A stretch of DNA of 60,870 bases, the filler included, from Globobulimina sp. (taxonomy: Eukaryota): NCBI GenBank assembly GCA_003354225.1. It is 15 parts of 15 records of this genome, joined end to end, with 100 filler letters (N's around TTAATTAATTAA, not from the genome) between each part and the next. Parts side by side here need not be neighbours in the genome. Positions count along the whole stretch, not along the records: positions 1 to 3,969 come from PIVH01001812.1; positions 4,070 to 8,037 come from PIVH01001813.1; positions 8,138 to 12,105 come from PIVH01001814.1; 12 more parts are not named here. One strand, given 5' to 3'. Below the pieces are notes generated by a model. It ran no database searches, had not been told where the DNA came from, and worked only from the letters and a program-made list of their open reading frames with translations. The position numbers and the translations under genes were made by a program. How positions within the stretch are numbered: the stretch's first letter is position 1; each line of letters opens with the position of its first letter. This document shows positions 1 to 10,773 of this stretch, piece by piece.

Positions 1-1566
1 AAGCAATTCATTAATCAGCAATGCATAGATTATAATGTGCCGCTACTTCTGTCTGATGCACGTGGCTTAAAAGGTAACACAACAATGAGCATACCGGGCG
101 TCACCGAACCAAATGCAGCTGAACAATATGATTGTATTATAGACGAAGACTATTATAATTACGAATTATTTCAAACATTTCCACGTCAAATTGAACATTT
201 AATATATATTACAAAACAGGATTTTATTACAGAATTTGAACAAACACCTCGTTATATCAACAATTTTCTGGAAAAAGGACATAGATATTTATCACAGATC
301 GATGAATGTTATGAAGAAAGTGAACAGAAAAATATATTAAATATACTTTACAGAAATTTGAAAGATATTCCAACAAATATTGAACAGTGTGTGTTTTGGG
401 CAAGAAATAAATTTGAACAGCAGTTTAATAAAAAGATTAAAAAGATAATAGACAGATATCCATTTGCTGCGGTAGATGAGAATGGAGCATATTTTTGGAA
501 AACACCCAAAAGATTCCCAACGCCGATAACATTTGCTGCGGATAATGCTTTACATAGAAAATATATATCATTTGCTGCAGAATTTAGAGCAAAAATGTTT
601 GGTATTCATCATTCGAAACAAACCAATATCTCAGATTTTGAGTATGATGCCAATGCATATGAGGAAGAGCAGGACAATTGTAATGATACTGAAGCTGTTA
701 AAAAATTAAAAAAATCTCTTTTAGCACTTTGCACGGATACATGTAATATTAAATTAATTGAATTTGAGTGGGATGGAATTGTGGATAATTGGAATGGTGA
801 AATGGATTTTATTTGTTCTGCTGTGATTATTCAAACAAAAATATACAAAATAAAAGAGAAACCACAACATGAAATCACAACAATTGTTGACAACATTATT
901 CCTAATTTTATGTCCGCAAATTGTTGTATGGCAGGATTTTTATCTTTGGAATTTTATAAATTGATTCAAAATAAACAGTGTAATGATTATTCGAATTTAT
1001 CTGTTGATTTGGCAACGTGCGCCATTGATTTGTCTCGTAGACCAACACAAGTTAGAAAGCGTGCGATTTCGAAAAGAAATGAAATGTATTATTATACAGT
1101 ATGGGACAAAATCGTGTTAAATAATGGGATTAATCTGACAATTAATAATTTATTGCAATATTTTGCAGATGAATGGAATCTGAGTGTTGAGATACTGAGT
1201 TATGACCAAACTATGTTGTATGGATTCTATATGCGCAAAACGACCATTGCAAAAAGAAAGAAAATGAAATTAATATCACTAATTGAAGCTTTATGTGATA
1301 CTAAAATAGATTCAAAGGTTAAATTGTTAGATTTATGCGTTATTTGTGAGGATAATGATATTGATACTGATAATATTATGCCTGTAATTCGTGTTTTTTT
1401 GAACGATTCGCAACATATAATTAGTGGATATTTGAGGGAATATATTGAGAAAGTTTATTTGTTGTATGTCCCAAATGCAGTGCATAATATTATACATGAT
1501 TACTATTCCAATTCAACAAATCCCCAAAATGTTAACGATTTAGCAGCTGAAAACTTTAATTCCTAA
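1..1566 (+). CDS. Ubiquitin-activating enzyme E1 (UBA1/UBA6)-like protein, 5'-partial, divergent and probably inactive
   Basis: Frame open from base 1 (KQFINQQCIDYNVPLLLSDARGLKGNT, cf. E1 'CVYYRKPLLESGTLGTKGN'). Further E1-like segments: FPRQIEH, CVFWARNKFEQQFNKKIKKII, FWKTPKRFPTPITF, IIPNF...GFLSLEFYKLI, and a UFD-like region (YTVWDKI...). Confidence 0.85.
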   Translation, partial: KQFINQQCIDYNVPLLLSDARGLKGNTTMSIPGVTEPNAAEQYDCIIDEDYYNYELFQTFPRQIEHLIYITKQDFITEFEQTPRYINNFLEKGHRYLSQIDECYEESEQKNILNILYRNLKDIPTNIEQCVFWARNKFEQQFNKKIKKIIDRYPFAAVDENGAYFWKTPKRFPTPITFAADNALHRKYISFAAEFRAKMFGIHHSKQTNISDFEYDANAYEEEQDNCNDTEAVKKLKKSLLALCTDTCNIKLIEFEWDGIVDNWNGEMDFICSAVIIQTKIYKIKEKPQHEITTIVDNIIPNFMSANCCMAGFLSLEFYKLIQNKQCNDYSNLSVDLATCAIDLSRRPTQVRKRAISKRNEMYYYTVWDKIVLNNGINLTINNLLQYFADEWNLSVEILSYDQTMLYGFYMRKTTIAKRKKMKLISLIEALCDTKIDSKVKLLDLCVICEDNDIDTDNIMPVIRVFLNDSQHIISGYLREYIEKVYLLYVPNAVHNIIHDYYSNSTNPQNVNDLAAENFNS

Positions 1567-1661
1567 TAATTAAATTAATCCTTCCGACCACACTATACGT
1601 CATATTATAATTTGTAAACCAATTAAGTCTGCAGAAGGTGTTACACAAGTCAACAAACAAA

Positions 1662-3825
1662 ATGAGCTCGCCATCAAAACCACAATCAAAAGCATTACAC
1701 GGCACACAATTTTTACCAGAAATACGCACCCAATACAATGATACATTGAATTTCGAAGATAGCCATATTGCAGAACGTGCCATGCATTTCAAAGACCAAC
1801 AGCACTCAAACACCTTTGAAGAATTGCTCGACGAATGGCTTGATTATCGCGAAGAACATGGATACGAAGAAGATGACACAAATAACATGGACGCCAATGA
1901 CGACTTACCTGTCTTACAAGAAATAACCAAAGAAAAAACCACCGATGAACCCGAAACTGCGGAAGAACGCATTTTAGAAAGACATATTCGCGAAATGTTA
2001 TATAATATCATATTAGCATCACATTATAAAATGAAGCAACGTAAAGACAAATTAATCCATAAATTAATTAATATTTCACACACAAAAAGATCCGAAATTA
2101 TAGCAAAATATTTACCAACAAATGATACCGATATGATGCTAATTATTAATTATATTTTTGATGAAATTGTAGCGAAACACTATCATAAATGTCGTGTATT
2201 TGTAGATGAAGATTTATGTAAACAAACCATCCTAAAATACATTAAAAATTGTTGCAAATTATGCTTTGAAATGGTGATATCGCAAAATGAATTATCATTC
2301 TTCCCGTTGTTGTTCACAGATCAGTCAACTTCGTATATTGCGCCGGTGGTTCGTTACGATCGCATCATTAAAAAAAGCGAAAAAAATCTCCAAAAGGGAC
2401 ATAAACGACAGGCACAGTCATTGGTATTGCAAGTAATGAAGCAAAATAAAGCAAAAAAGGCATTTAGCGAAGGCCAAGTGTATAGGGACAGAGCTGCAGG
2501 TTTTTTTATTGTATTTTATTTTTGTTTTTGTTATTTTTTGATTGGATGTGTTTGTATACAGTGGATGCTGAACAAATATTATATTATACGTTTCCTGGCG
2601 TTATTATGAAAACGAAAAACAGTGACAAAATATTGAAGAAAGCGACAGTATTTACGTACCATGATCCATCTATATTTTTGCGACATGATTTAAACTGGAT
2701 ATTTAGTGACAGATTATTTCGCAAACAAAAGATGAATAAATGGAAGAAAGACAAATCAGTGTCATTTGAAGAAGAGGATGCTGAGTTTGATGGCGGTGAT
2801 AATATATTCAGTCCACTCGCAAATGATACAGATCCATATTATAAAATTGAGAGTAAAATTGGTAAACGAATGGAAATGAGAATGGATAAAGTGGTGGTTC
2901 GGAGCGATGTGATTAAGAATACAGATTTTTTGGGAAAAGCCCAATTAATACAAGATTGGGCTTCTCTCAAAAAACAAAAACACAGTCAGGTTGTTTGTCG
3001 GTTGTTTGTTCTGTACATTGTTTCTCAAAAATCAATCCGCAAAAATATAAGAAATCAGTATGAAACTGAAAAATAAAAATAACATCAGTTTCAAACAGTT
3101 TTTGTTTGATAAAGTTATGTGAGGAGTTATGTGACTTATTTATGGAACTAAAAGATGATAATTCAGATAGTAAAGAAGAGGAAGATGAGGAACATGAGGA
3201 ATATGAATGTAATAAGTTAGCATCGAAAATATTATTTGAATTAGCAATGAAAAGTAGGCATACAATGAAATTAAAAACAAAAAGTAACAATATTGTAAAT
3301 AATAAGAACAATACCACTTATTTGAATATTTGTAATTTATATAAATATTTTACAGATTATAACCAGAATAAAGAGGCACAAAAAGTGAGAGATAAAATAG
3401 ATTTTAAACATGGATATATTGTACAATCGATTGTAAATTCAACCTTTGAACAAGTAATTAAAAAAAAAGCATATAAAAAATATGTGTTTTTAAAAAAAAA
3501 TAAGAAATTAAATTACAAATTGCATGAATATATCGCGAGTTGCTGCGAGTTAATATGCAATGTATTTCACCATGAATGGGATTTGTGTCCTATAATGACT
3601 GCAAAAAATCAATCGTTACATATATTTGATGCGAGGATACATATTTTCGATGGTGATTTATCAATGGATGGGGCTACTGATAAAATTGCATATTGCTGTT
3701 TTCCAGGAATTATTACTAAATCATGTTGGAGTCAATTTAATTTACAATATGGAAAAAAGAAACTCAGTGATAAACAAATACAAGATTTTATTAAGTCGAA
3801 AATGTGGGTTTGTTTAACAACATGA
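1662..3825 (+). CDS. Multi-exon protein with two MIEAP/SPATA18-C-like domains
   Basis: Three consecutive + ORFs. Intron 2500-2561 (GT..AG) joins the first two in frame. The second junction (~2985-3090) is not resolved. Duplicated motif: YIKNCCKLCFEM..ILYYTFPGV..KATVFT and YIASCCELICNV..IAYCCFPGI..KMWVC. Confidence 0.6.
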
Positions 3826-3969
3826 GGATGAAAATGGATGCATAGCTCTTGTAATGTGTTTTTTTAGTGCACGTGTAATAATATTTTTTTGTCGTGTGGT
3901 TAGATTAAAAAACATGCAGCTTAAATGAAACATTTTGTTCGTGCACAAAGTTCGATATTTTTTGGCTGT

Positions 3970-4069
3970 NNNNNNNNNNNNNNNNNNNNNNNNNNNNNNN
4001 NNNNNNNNNNNNNTTAATTAATTAANNNNNNNNNNNNNNNNNNNNNNNNNNNNNNNNNNNNNNNNNNNN
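3970..4069. other. Artificial contig linker N44-TTAATTAATTAA-N44. Identical copies at 8038-8137, 12106-12205, 16173-16272, 20239-20338, 24305-24404, 28371-28470, 32436-32535, 36500-36599, 40562-40661, 44624-44723, 48686-48785, 52748-52847, 56810-56909
   Basis: 14 identical 100-nt spacers with stops in all six frames. The segments between them decrease in length from 3969 to 3961 bp, as expected for size-sorted contigs. Confidence 0.99.
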
Positions 4070-5077
4070 AGAAACTCGCCACGCACAAAGTCACCGCGCA
4101 TAAACACACGCCGCAGCCGTAGTAATTACCTCAAGAAGCATCAAACTCAGCCGATACTGAGCAATATACAGCGTGTATCGCGTAGTAGCTCCGCCAGCTC
4201 CAATTCGAGCACTGGCAGTCCCGGGAATTACAGTTATCAGCGTACGCGCCGAGCGTCGACGCCGCGCAGCAATAAAACCAGGAGCAATACAATGTGTATC
4301 TGTGGCCGTCGAATGGATTATACCCAAAACCCAATGAACAAATACCCCCCAAATGCCGTACTTTATTGCCAGCAAAGCAGCCGATGTAAGAAGAAGATCA
4401 TTGTACAAAAAGATTGGTTTTATTGCTGCAAATCGCGAACCTCTTACCATGGCACTAAAGACGGCCGGTTCAAAATATGCTATTCGTGCTCCATTAGCAA
4501 TGAAAATAAGCAGCTACGCATCAGGAAAAACCACCAATTGTTAATCAAACAAATCCAAAATAAGCATTGTGGCAAGGTGTTGATTACCAAAGACACCAAA
4601 GATTATATTCTGTCCTCCACGGCGCACAATTCAAAGGACGAAACCTTGCGATTATTAAAAGAAACCTATATCGATAACGATAATAATAAAAAAAAGGAAA
4701 AATATACGAAAAAAACAAAAATTAGCCCAAACAAGTTGATTATGGAAGGATTTATGATGAAAAAAGGGAATTTTTGGAACAAAGCGTTCAAGAAAAGGTA
4801 CTTTAAGTTATGGGGCAATAAACAGTTATATTATTATCGTCATTATGATGATGAGAGCGGCATTGTGTCGGATGAGCGAGGAGTGGCGGACTTGAATATT
4901 ATTAATAACATCATCAAAAAAGGAAAAAATGGATTGGAGATTGTTACACCAGCTCGGCAATGGAAGTTTTTGTGCAACTCACACATTGAAAGGGAGAAAT
5001 GGTTTAAAATTGTAAGTAGATTATGTATGGCAAATAAATTGAAAAAATCAAAAACATTTACTTCGCTCAGTAAATAA
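4070..5077 (+). CDS. PH-domain protein with a Cys-rich putative Zn-binding region, 5'-partial
   Basis: Frame open from the contig start. PH motifs MEGFMMKKG..FKKRYFKL..LYYY..LEIVTPARQWKFLC..EREKWFKIV. Upstream Cys pattern CICG..C..C..C..CYSC. Confidence 0.85.
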   Translation, partial: RNSPRTKSPRINTRRSRSNYLKKHQTQPILSNIQRVSRSSSASSNSSTGSPGNYSYQRTRRASTPRSNKTRSNTMCICGRRMDYTQNPMNKYPPNAVLYCQQSSRCKKKIIVQKDWFYCCKSRTSYHGTKDGRFKICYSCSISNENKQLRIRKNHQLLIKQIQNKHCGKVLITKDTKDYILSSTAHNSKDETLRLLKETYIDNDNNKKKEKYTKKTKISPNKLIMEGFMMKKGNFWNKAFKKRYFKLWGNKQLYYYRHYDDESGIVSDERGVADLNIINNIIKKGKNGLEIVTPARQWKFLCNSHIEREKWFKIVSRLCMANKLKKSKTFTSLSK

Positions 5078-5555
5078 TAAATTTGTTTTGTTTTATTTGA
5101 TTCTTTAATTTTTTTTTATTTATAACTTTGTAATTTTACTTTTTTTTGACTTTAAATGGAATGAACCCATTGACCTGTTTGTTTTTTCTGGGATTTGTTT
5201 TGTTATTATTATACGTGTACGTTTCTTCTGTTTTGCCTGTTTTCCGTATAATAATTTAAGTTTGTTTTGTTTGCTTTTTTCTTTTTTTGTACACTTTTGA
5301 CTTTTGTTTGGTTAAAAAATGTGTTTTATTAATTAATGCGACCGAATTAATTAAATAGATTAATAACATGATTGTTTGTTGTTTTTTAATTAATTTAGCG
5401 ATCCATTCTTTTCATTCAGAACCGGTTTTTGTTTTTACATATTGTATCATGGTTTGATATATTTTTATCCCATCCAACAATATTTTGTTTTATTGTTTTG
5501 ACTTTTTTTTTGTAAATGAATTTTAATGTATGTGTTATTCTCTTATTGTTGTTAA

Positions 5556-5653
5556 TAGGCATTTTTGCTTTATCGTAAAAATCTGTTTTTAAACAGAAAA
5601 AATCAGTTTTTTCGCTTAGAAAATAGATTTTTACGATAAAGCAAAAATGCCTA
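5556..5653. mobile_element. ~98-bp palindromic MITE-like element
   Basis: Perfect 29-bp inverted repeat TAGGCATTTTTGCTTTATCGTAAAAATCT (5556-5584) with its reverse complement at 5625-5653. Imperfect pairing continues inward. TA at both ends. Confidence 0.7.
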
Positions 5654-5982
5654 ATGTTATGTTTTTTTTTTCAATTTTTTTTTGATTTTGTGTCCAGTTT
5701 TTAAATTATTGTATTTATTTTTTGTCGAAGTTGTGTTCTTTTTGTCATTCTGTTTTTTTTTTATAAATTTTTTGGTCCATCTTTTTACAATGAATCAATC
5801 TCTGCTTATAATTATTGTCTACGATTCTTTATTCAAATTAGTTTATTTTCGTGTTGATTCATTGCAAATTTGTGTCATTTGAAATGAAAAGTTGCTTTTT
5901 TTTGATGATTATCATCTCGTGCTAATAAATTCATTTCTTAGAGTTTTGAACAAACTCTCACAATTGTTTCAACGATATATTC

Positions 5983-6091
5983 CAAAAGATAACCATGGTC
6001 GATAAGTTGTATACATTTGAAACGCTTTGCAAATCCAGAAACGGTTTTCTATAGGTTTGTCTGTCTTGGGTTTGCAAATCCAGAACAAAGT
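5983..6091. repeat. Dispersed repeat, copy 1 (related to 15990-16172)
   Basis: Shares CAAAAGATAACCA, TGGTCGATAAGTTGTATACATTTGA and AAACGCTTTGCAAATCCAGAAAC.GTTTTCTATAGGTTTGTCT with contig 4. Confidence 0.9.
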
Positions 6092-6348
6092 CAGTTCAAA
6101 TTTATAATTGAACCAAAATTACCAAATATATCCAAACGGGGGGGTGGGGGTTATCTTTTGGAATATTTCGTTCAGTAATCACAGTCATTACAGTGTTTTT
6201 GTTGGTATACAGTCATTACAGTGTTTTTGTATTGCAAACCACCAATTGTATAACTTGCTATACTCGCTTGGAGCAAATGTTTTTTCGAATTAGGAATTTT
6301 ACTCACTTGCTGTGACAGTTTTTTTTAATTCTTTCGGAATATATAAAT

Positions 6349-7176
6349 ATGTTTGCTCATAAAGGTGTCCGTTGGATCACCTTTGGTTGGGTAGCCTTCA
6401 TTGGCGAGAATTTAGTATTATCGCATAACAGGGAATACATCATAGATACGTTTGGCAAACAGAAATACCACGGCCTATATAATATACTATCATCTGCAGC
6501 ATGTTTATCCATTGCTTATGGATATTTACGATATGGCAGGAATCAGGGACCGGTGCTAAGTTTAAAATATTGGAAACCAAATTCAGTGGGCTTTCGTTTG
6601 AGTGCATTTTCGTTTCAATCCGTCGGATTGATTGGAATAAGTCAAAGTTTCCCGAAATTTCAAAATCCTGTAATTAATATCGCGCAAGTTAACAGTGAGC
6701 AAAATTTAAACGAAATAGGTCCATTACAAAGTGAAACAGCAACAGCAAGTGTAGATACTTTAAGTAATACCAAATTTCACTTTGCGGCCCAATGTCCAAT
6801 TGATTGGAAACCAAAAGATGTTCCATCTGACGGTGTTTACGGAGTACATCGAATTTCAAGACACCCAACGTTTTTCTCGTTGGGATTGTTTGGTTTAGGA
6901 ATTGCACTAAAAACACAATTTGCCACAAGAGCCATTGTGTGCGGATTCCCATTGTTGTTTGCTTTGATTGGTGGTTCCCATCAGGATTATAGACATAGAC
7001 GAAATTCTGGCGGATATTTATCACCAGAGATGGATGAGAAAACATCTTTGATTCCATTTGTTGCATTATTTACAGGCAAACAAAGTTGGAAGGAGGTATG
7101 GGATGAAATGAAACATGTTAATATGACTATTGGATTGCTGCTATCAATGTATCTGAACGCATCCCTTGTATTGTAA
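6349..7176 (+). CDS. NnrU-family integral membrane protein
   Basis: Several TM segments and motifs GVHRISRHP, IGGSHQDYR and TSLIPFVAL, as in the NnrU/Z-ISO family. No intron evident. Confidence 0.7.
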   Translation: MFAHKGVRWITFGWVAFIGENLVLSHNREYIIDTFGKQKYHGLYNILSSAACLSIAYGYLRYGRNQGPVLSLKYWKPNSVGFRLSAFSFQSVGLIGISQSFPKFQNPVINIAQVNSEQNLNEIGPLQSETATASVDTLSNTKFHFAAQCPIDWKPKDVPSDGVYGVHRISRHPTFFSLGLFGLGIALKTQFATRAIVCGFPLLFALIGGSHQDYRHRRNSGGYLSPEMDEKTSLIPFVALFTGKQSWKEVWDEMKHVNMTIGLLLSMYLNASLVL

Positions 7177-7228
7177 GCTGATTTAAGTGGGAGTTTTCGT
7201 TTTCTACTACGCTGTTACTAGTATCACC

Positions 7229-7879
7229 ATGTCTAACAATCCTAATGTTGAAATTGTTCATATTGTTACATATAATAAGCGCAATGTTACTAATATGAGC
7301 AAGCAAACGGAGAATTCATTCAAACATAGTCAATCTCGCTATTTTGGGTTTTTGTTGGTAATTTGCATTGGATCAACGATTGTCATTCCAGTAACTTTAA
7401 TATTTTTTATTGGGATAATGTTTCCATTTATTTCCATTGCATCACAATCATTGTGGCAAATTGCATTATATGTAATAATTTCATGTATATTGTCAATGAT
7501 AATTTGTCATTGTTACAGATATGAAACATTTGAATTATATTTTAATAATAAATCAATACAGAAAAGAATAACGGATAATGGATGGAGTAACGTGACGGAA
7601 CGAATGAAACTCCAAATCGAAGACGCGAATACTAACACAATCAAAACATTTAAGCGGTTGCCATATGTGTTGCGCATCGCCAATAGAATCGACAAGAATG
7701 TATTGTGGTTTGTAAGGAAAACAATCATACACAATAATAAGGATTGTCATATTAATGATAAACACTTGGCGGCATATGAAAATAATGGAATATGTTTGAA
7801 AGATAATGCTTCTGAACAGGAATCGCTTTCGCTTATAAATAATGGTAATGATGATAGTGATATAGAATTCAATTGGTAG
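7229..7879 (+). CDS. Hypothetical membrane protein (2 TM segments)
   Basis: ORF from ATG 7229 with two long hydrophobic stretches. Confidence 0.5.
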   Translation: MSNNPNVEIVHIVTYNKRNVTNMSKQTENSFKHSQSRYFGFLLVICIGSTIVIPVTLIFFIGIMFPFISIASQSLWQIALYVIISCILSMIICHCYRYETFELYFNNKSIQKRITDNGWSNVTERMKLQIEDANTNTIKTFKRLPYVLRIANRIDKNVLWFVRKTIIHNNKDCHINDKHLAAYENNGICLKDNASEQESLSLINNGNDDSDIEFNW

Positions 7880-8405
7880 ACAATGTAGTGACTTAATATG
7901 GTTTAGTCCCGTTTAGAATATTTGAGCACTTTTCCAAAAGTCAATCTCTGTGCAAGGATAAGTTTTGTGACATAAAAGTAAAACTGTAAAACAATGTTCG
8001 CGTTTTCCTTTATTAACTTTCACTGATTTCTTTGATTNNNNNNNNNNNNNNNNNNNNNNNNNNNNNNNNNNNNNNNNNNNNTTAATTAATTAANNNNNNN
8101 NNNNNNNNNNNNNNNNNNNNNNNNNNNNNNNNNNNNNGAAGAACAAAGAAACAAAGAAAAAAGAACAACAAAAAAAAAGTAAATAAATACAAATCCGACA
8201 CCACAAAAAATACTTTGAATAAACAACAAATTAAACAAAACAGAACGAAAAAGATATAAAATAAAATTACGTATATTATATATTAACAAACACCAAAAAA
8301 ATCCAAACACCAAAAAAATTGGAGTGATACTTTAATCACAATATATACGGACAATATGCTAAAAAAAATAATGTATGCTAAGAATGTACAATTCAATTTT
8401 ATAAA

Positions 8406-10426
8406 TTATTTATATTTATAATCGCTAAATTTTGATTGATTTCGAAGTTGTGGAATATCCGTAGGCACAAAATACTGATCTTTGACCACAATGACATTCG
8501 CATGATCCCGCACATAAATCTTCTGCAAATCCCGCCAATAATCATTTCGTTGATTTTTTTTATACTTTGCATTGAACATTAATGTGATTTGTTTAATTGG
8601 TGAATGTTTACATAACTTCTCAACACGTCGCATAAAAGCATCTTTATCCTTTGGTTTCCTTTTAATCGCCACATATTCCAACGATTTCAAGTGATATAAA
8701 CCCTCCATTTGGTCAAAATTGCTACAAAATCACACATATAACAAACACTTTCATTCCAAAAATAAACACAAGCAAACGCAGCAAACTTAACTGTATGTTA
8801 TGGACACACAATTCTTTCAAGCTATTCGTCCACGAAAACACAATTTTATAATCATCCGGTTCGTCATAGAACTGCCCACCGCACGACACTCGAAAGCTGA
8901 ACACCGACTGCGGCACAGTAATAAACATGCAGTCATACGGCGAGACTTCCAATACCTTGGCCCCATCGAATTCAATGCCCGTCAAATCATGTTCCGGTGC
9001 GTCCCAACATCTGTATCTGATGTAAGACAACGCGTTCGTACCCAACGCAATGTTGTTGCTGTTCTTCGTTTGCGTTTGTTTTTGCACATAATGCCCATTC
9101 AAAGTGTTTTCCTCATAGAGGTCATCCATTTTGGTGCTGATAGCTTTCAAACTGCCCTTCTCATAGCTGGGCTCCTTCACTTCTTCGATGAACGTGAGCT
9201 GTCTTCCTAAGTTCCGATATAAGCTCAAAGAGGTCATACAGCGGAGGAAGGCGTCGTCGTTACAGTATATACTGTCCAATGCAGCGACGTGCATATGATG
9301 CAAACCAATGAAGTCCAACCACCTTTGTCGCGATTTGATATACGGCATACTGGCACGCTCAAAGCCAACATGAACTGCCAAGTGTTGGATCTTAGTGAAG
9401 TGCTGGAGACAGCTAATCACATTCTGCCACGACCACGACACGCATTCTTCGCCAATGGTCAAGCTCTCGAACGGAGCGTACTTCAATAAGTCGATCAATG
9501 TTTCAAATGAGGAGTCTATGCGCAATTCGTCGTTCATAGTCGAGCCCGACGTGCTGCTTAACCCACTCATTCGAACTGAACTGCTGCTTTGTGACAAATG
9601 TGCATTTCGTTTTCAATGTTTTCCAAATTCAGCGGGAAAAAAACAAACAAAAAGGCTCAACTTTGAGCTGGGAAAACTTAAATCGACGACATCGCTGTTG
9701 ATGGTCGACGATAAACGGCTCGAATTGAGGCTGGAAGAGTAAGATTGGCGGTTGTTGTCATAGGGAGAGGGTGCGACCAAAGCATTGGACGATTGATGTG
9801 CTTCTAAGGTCAATGGGACGAGCACACTTTCATCGGTGTGTCGAGCACGATTACCCTCCTGAATGGAGGGCAATTTATGGCCGTTATGGAGCTGGAAAGA
9901 GGACATTGAGTCCAGTTGGAACGGCGAGGAGTTGGTAGAGGATGGCGCGGATAGACCGGACATTATAGGCTGAGGCACGCGGTAAGAACGAAAATAGATT
10001 TTGTTAATCGCTGTGTGCGAGATGTGTATTAGTGCTTCTTTGGTCTGCTGGGAACGTAATGGTTTGTTGGTGGTGGAGATTAATATGATTTTCTGCTTGT
10101 CATTGATAACTACTTCGGGGTTTTTGCAGGTTTTGAGGTTGCCGCGATTGTCGACGAAGCCTTTGGAGGCTTTGCCGAGCACTGAGCCTCGGCGGCCACA
10201 GTCAAATTTTAAGGTGTAATTGTGGAAGATTGGGAAATCTGTTTTGAATGTATTGCGTATACAATTTGTGTTTTTTTTTGTATATTTGAATGTCTGTACC
10301 TTGGATGGTGTTGTTGAAGAATTTATTAATCAGAGTGAGTTGGGATAAGATGTGTGAATGCGGCAAATAGTGCAGAATTTTGAGTAGATTTGAGGGAGTG
10401 AGTGAGTTAATTTTGTTTCTGTTCAT
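8406..10426 (-). CDS. F-box protein (4 exons)
   Basis: N-terminal F-box-like segment INSLTPSNLLKILHYLPHSHILSQLTLINKFFN. GT-AG introns at 10239-10299, ~9587-9661 and 8722-8791 join four ORF pieces in frame. C-terminal half is LRR-like. Confidence 0.75.
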
Positions 10427-10773
10427 TGTTTCATTTGGTTCTTGCAATGGTTGAATGGCGTTGTTTTGTTGTTGGGTGAAGAGTTTTGGATGTGGTATAG
10501 GTTGAATATTGACAGTTAATATTTATTTCAAGATTTAGAATTTTTCTAGTCGACGACAGTATCTTCAGAAAGCGAATATAAAGATGAAAGATTACTGTGT
10601 TCTTTGAAAGTTTTCAGTTTTGATAGAAACGTGTTTAATATTATAAAACTACTGCTATAGCAGTAGAACCAATTGGATCAAACCAAATATGGCGAATAAT
10701 CTAAATATGAGCAGATATTTCACGGGTTTCCAGCTCAAAAGATTTTATCTAAACTGTTTTTAATCTAAACTAA

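Noticed and set aside
6180-6230. Duplicated ACAGTCATTACAGTGTTTTTGT (also a 12-bp duplication near 24765-24790)
   Set aside because: Two-copy local duplications, most simply explained by slippage.
8086-8313. Phe-rich 'membrane protein' ORFs (also 5682-5882, 17498-17698, 40407-40613)
   Set aside because: Translations of T-rich 3' UTR or intergenic low-complexity DNA, some running into linker Ns.
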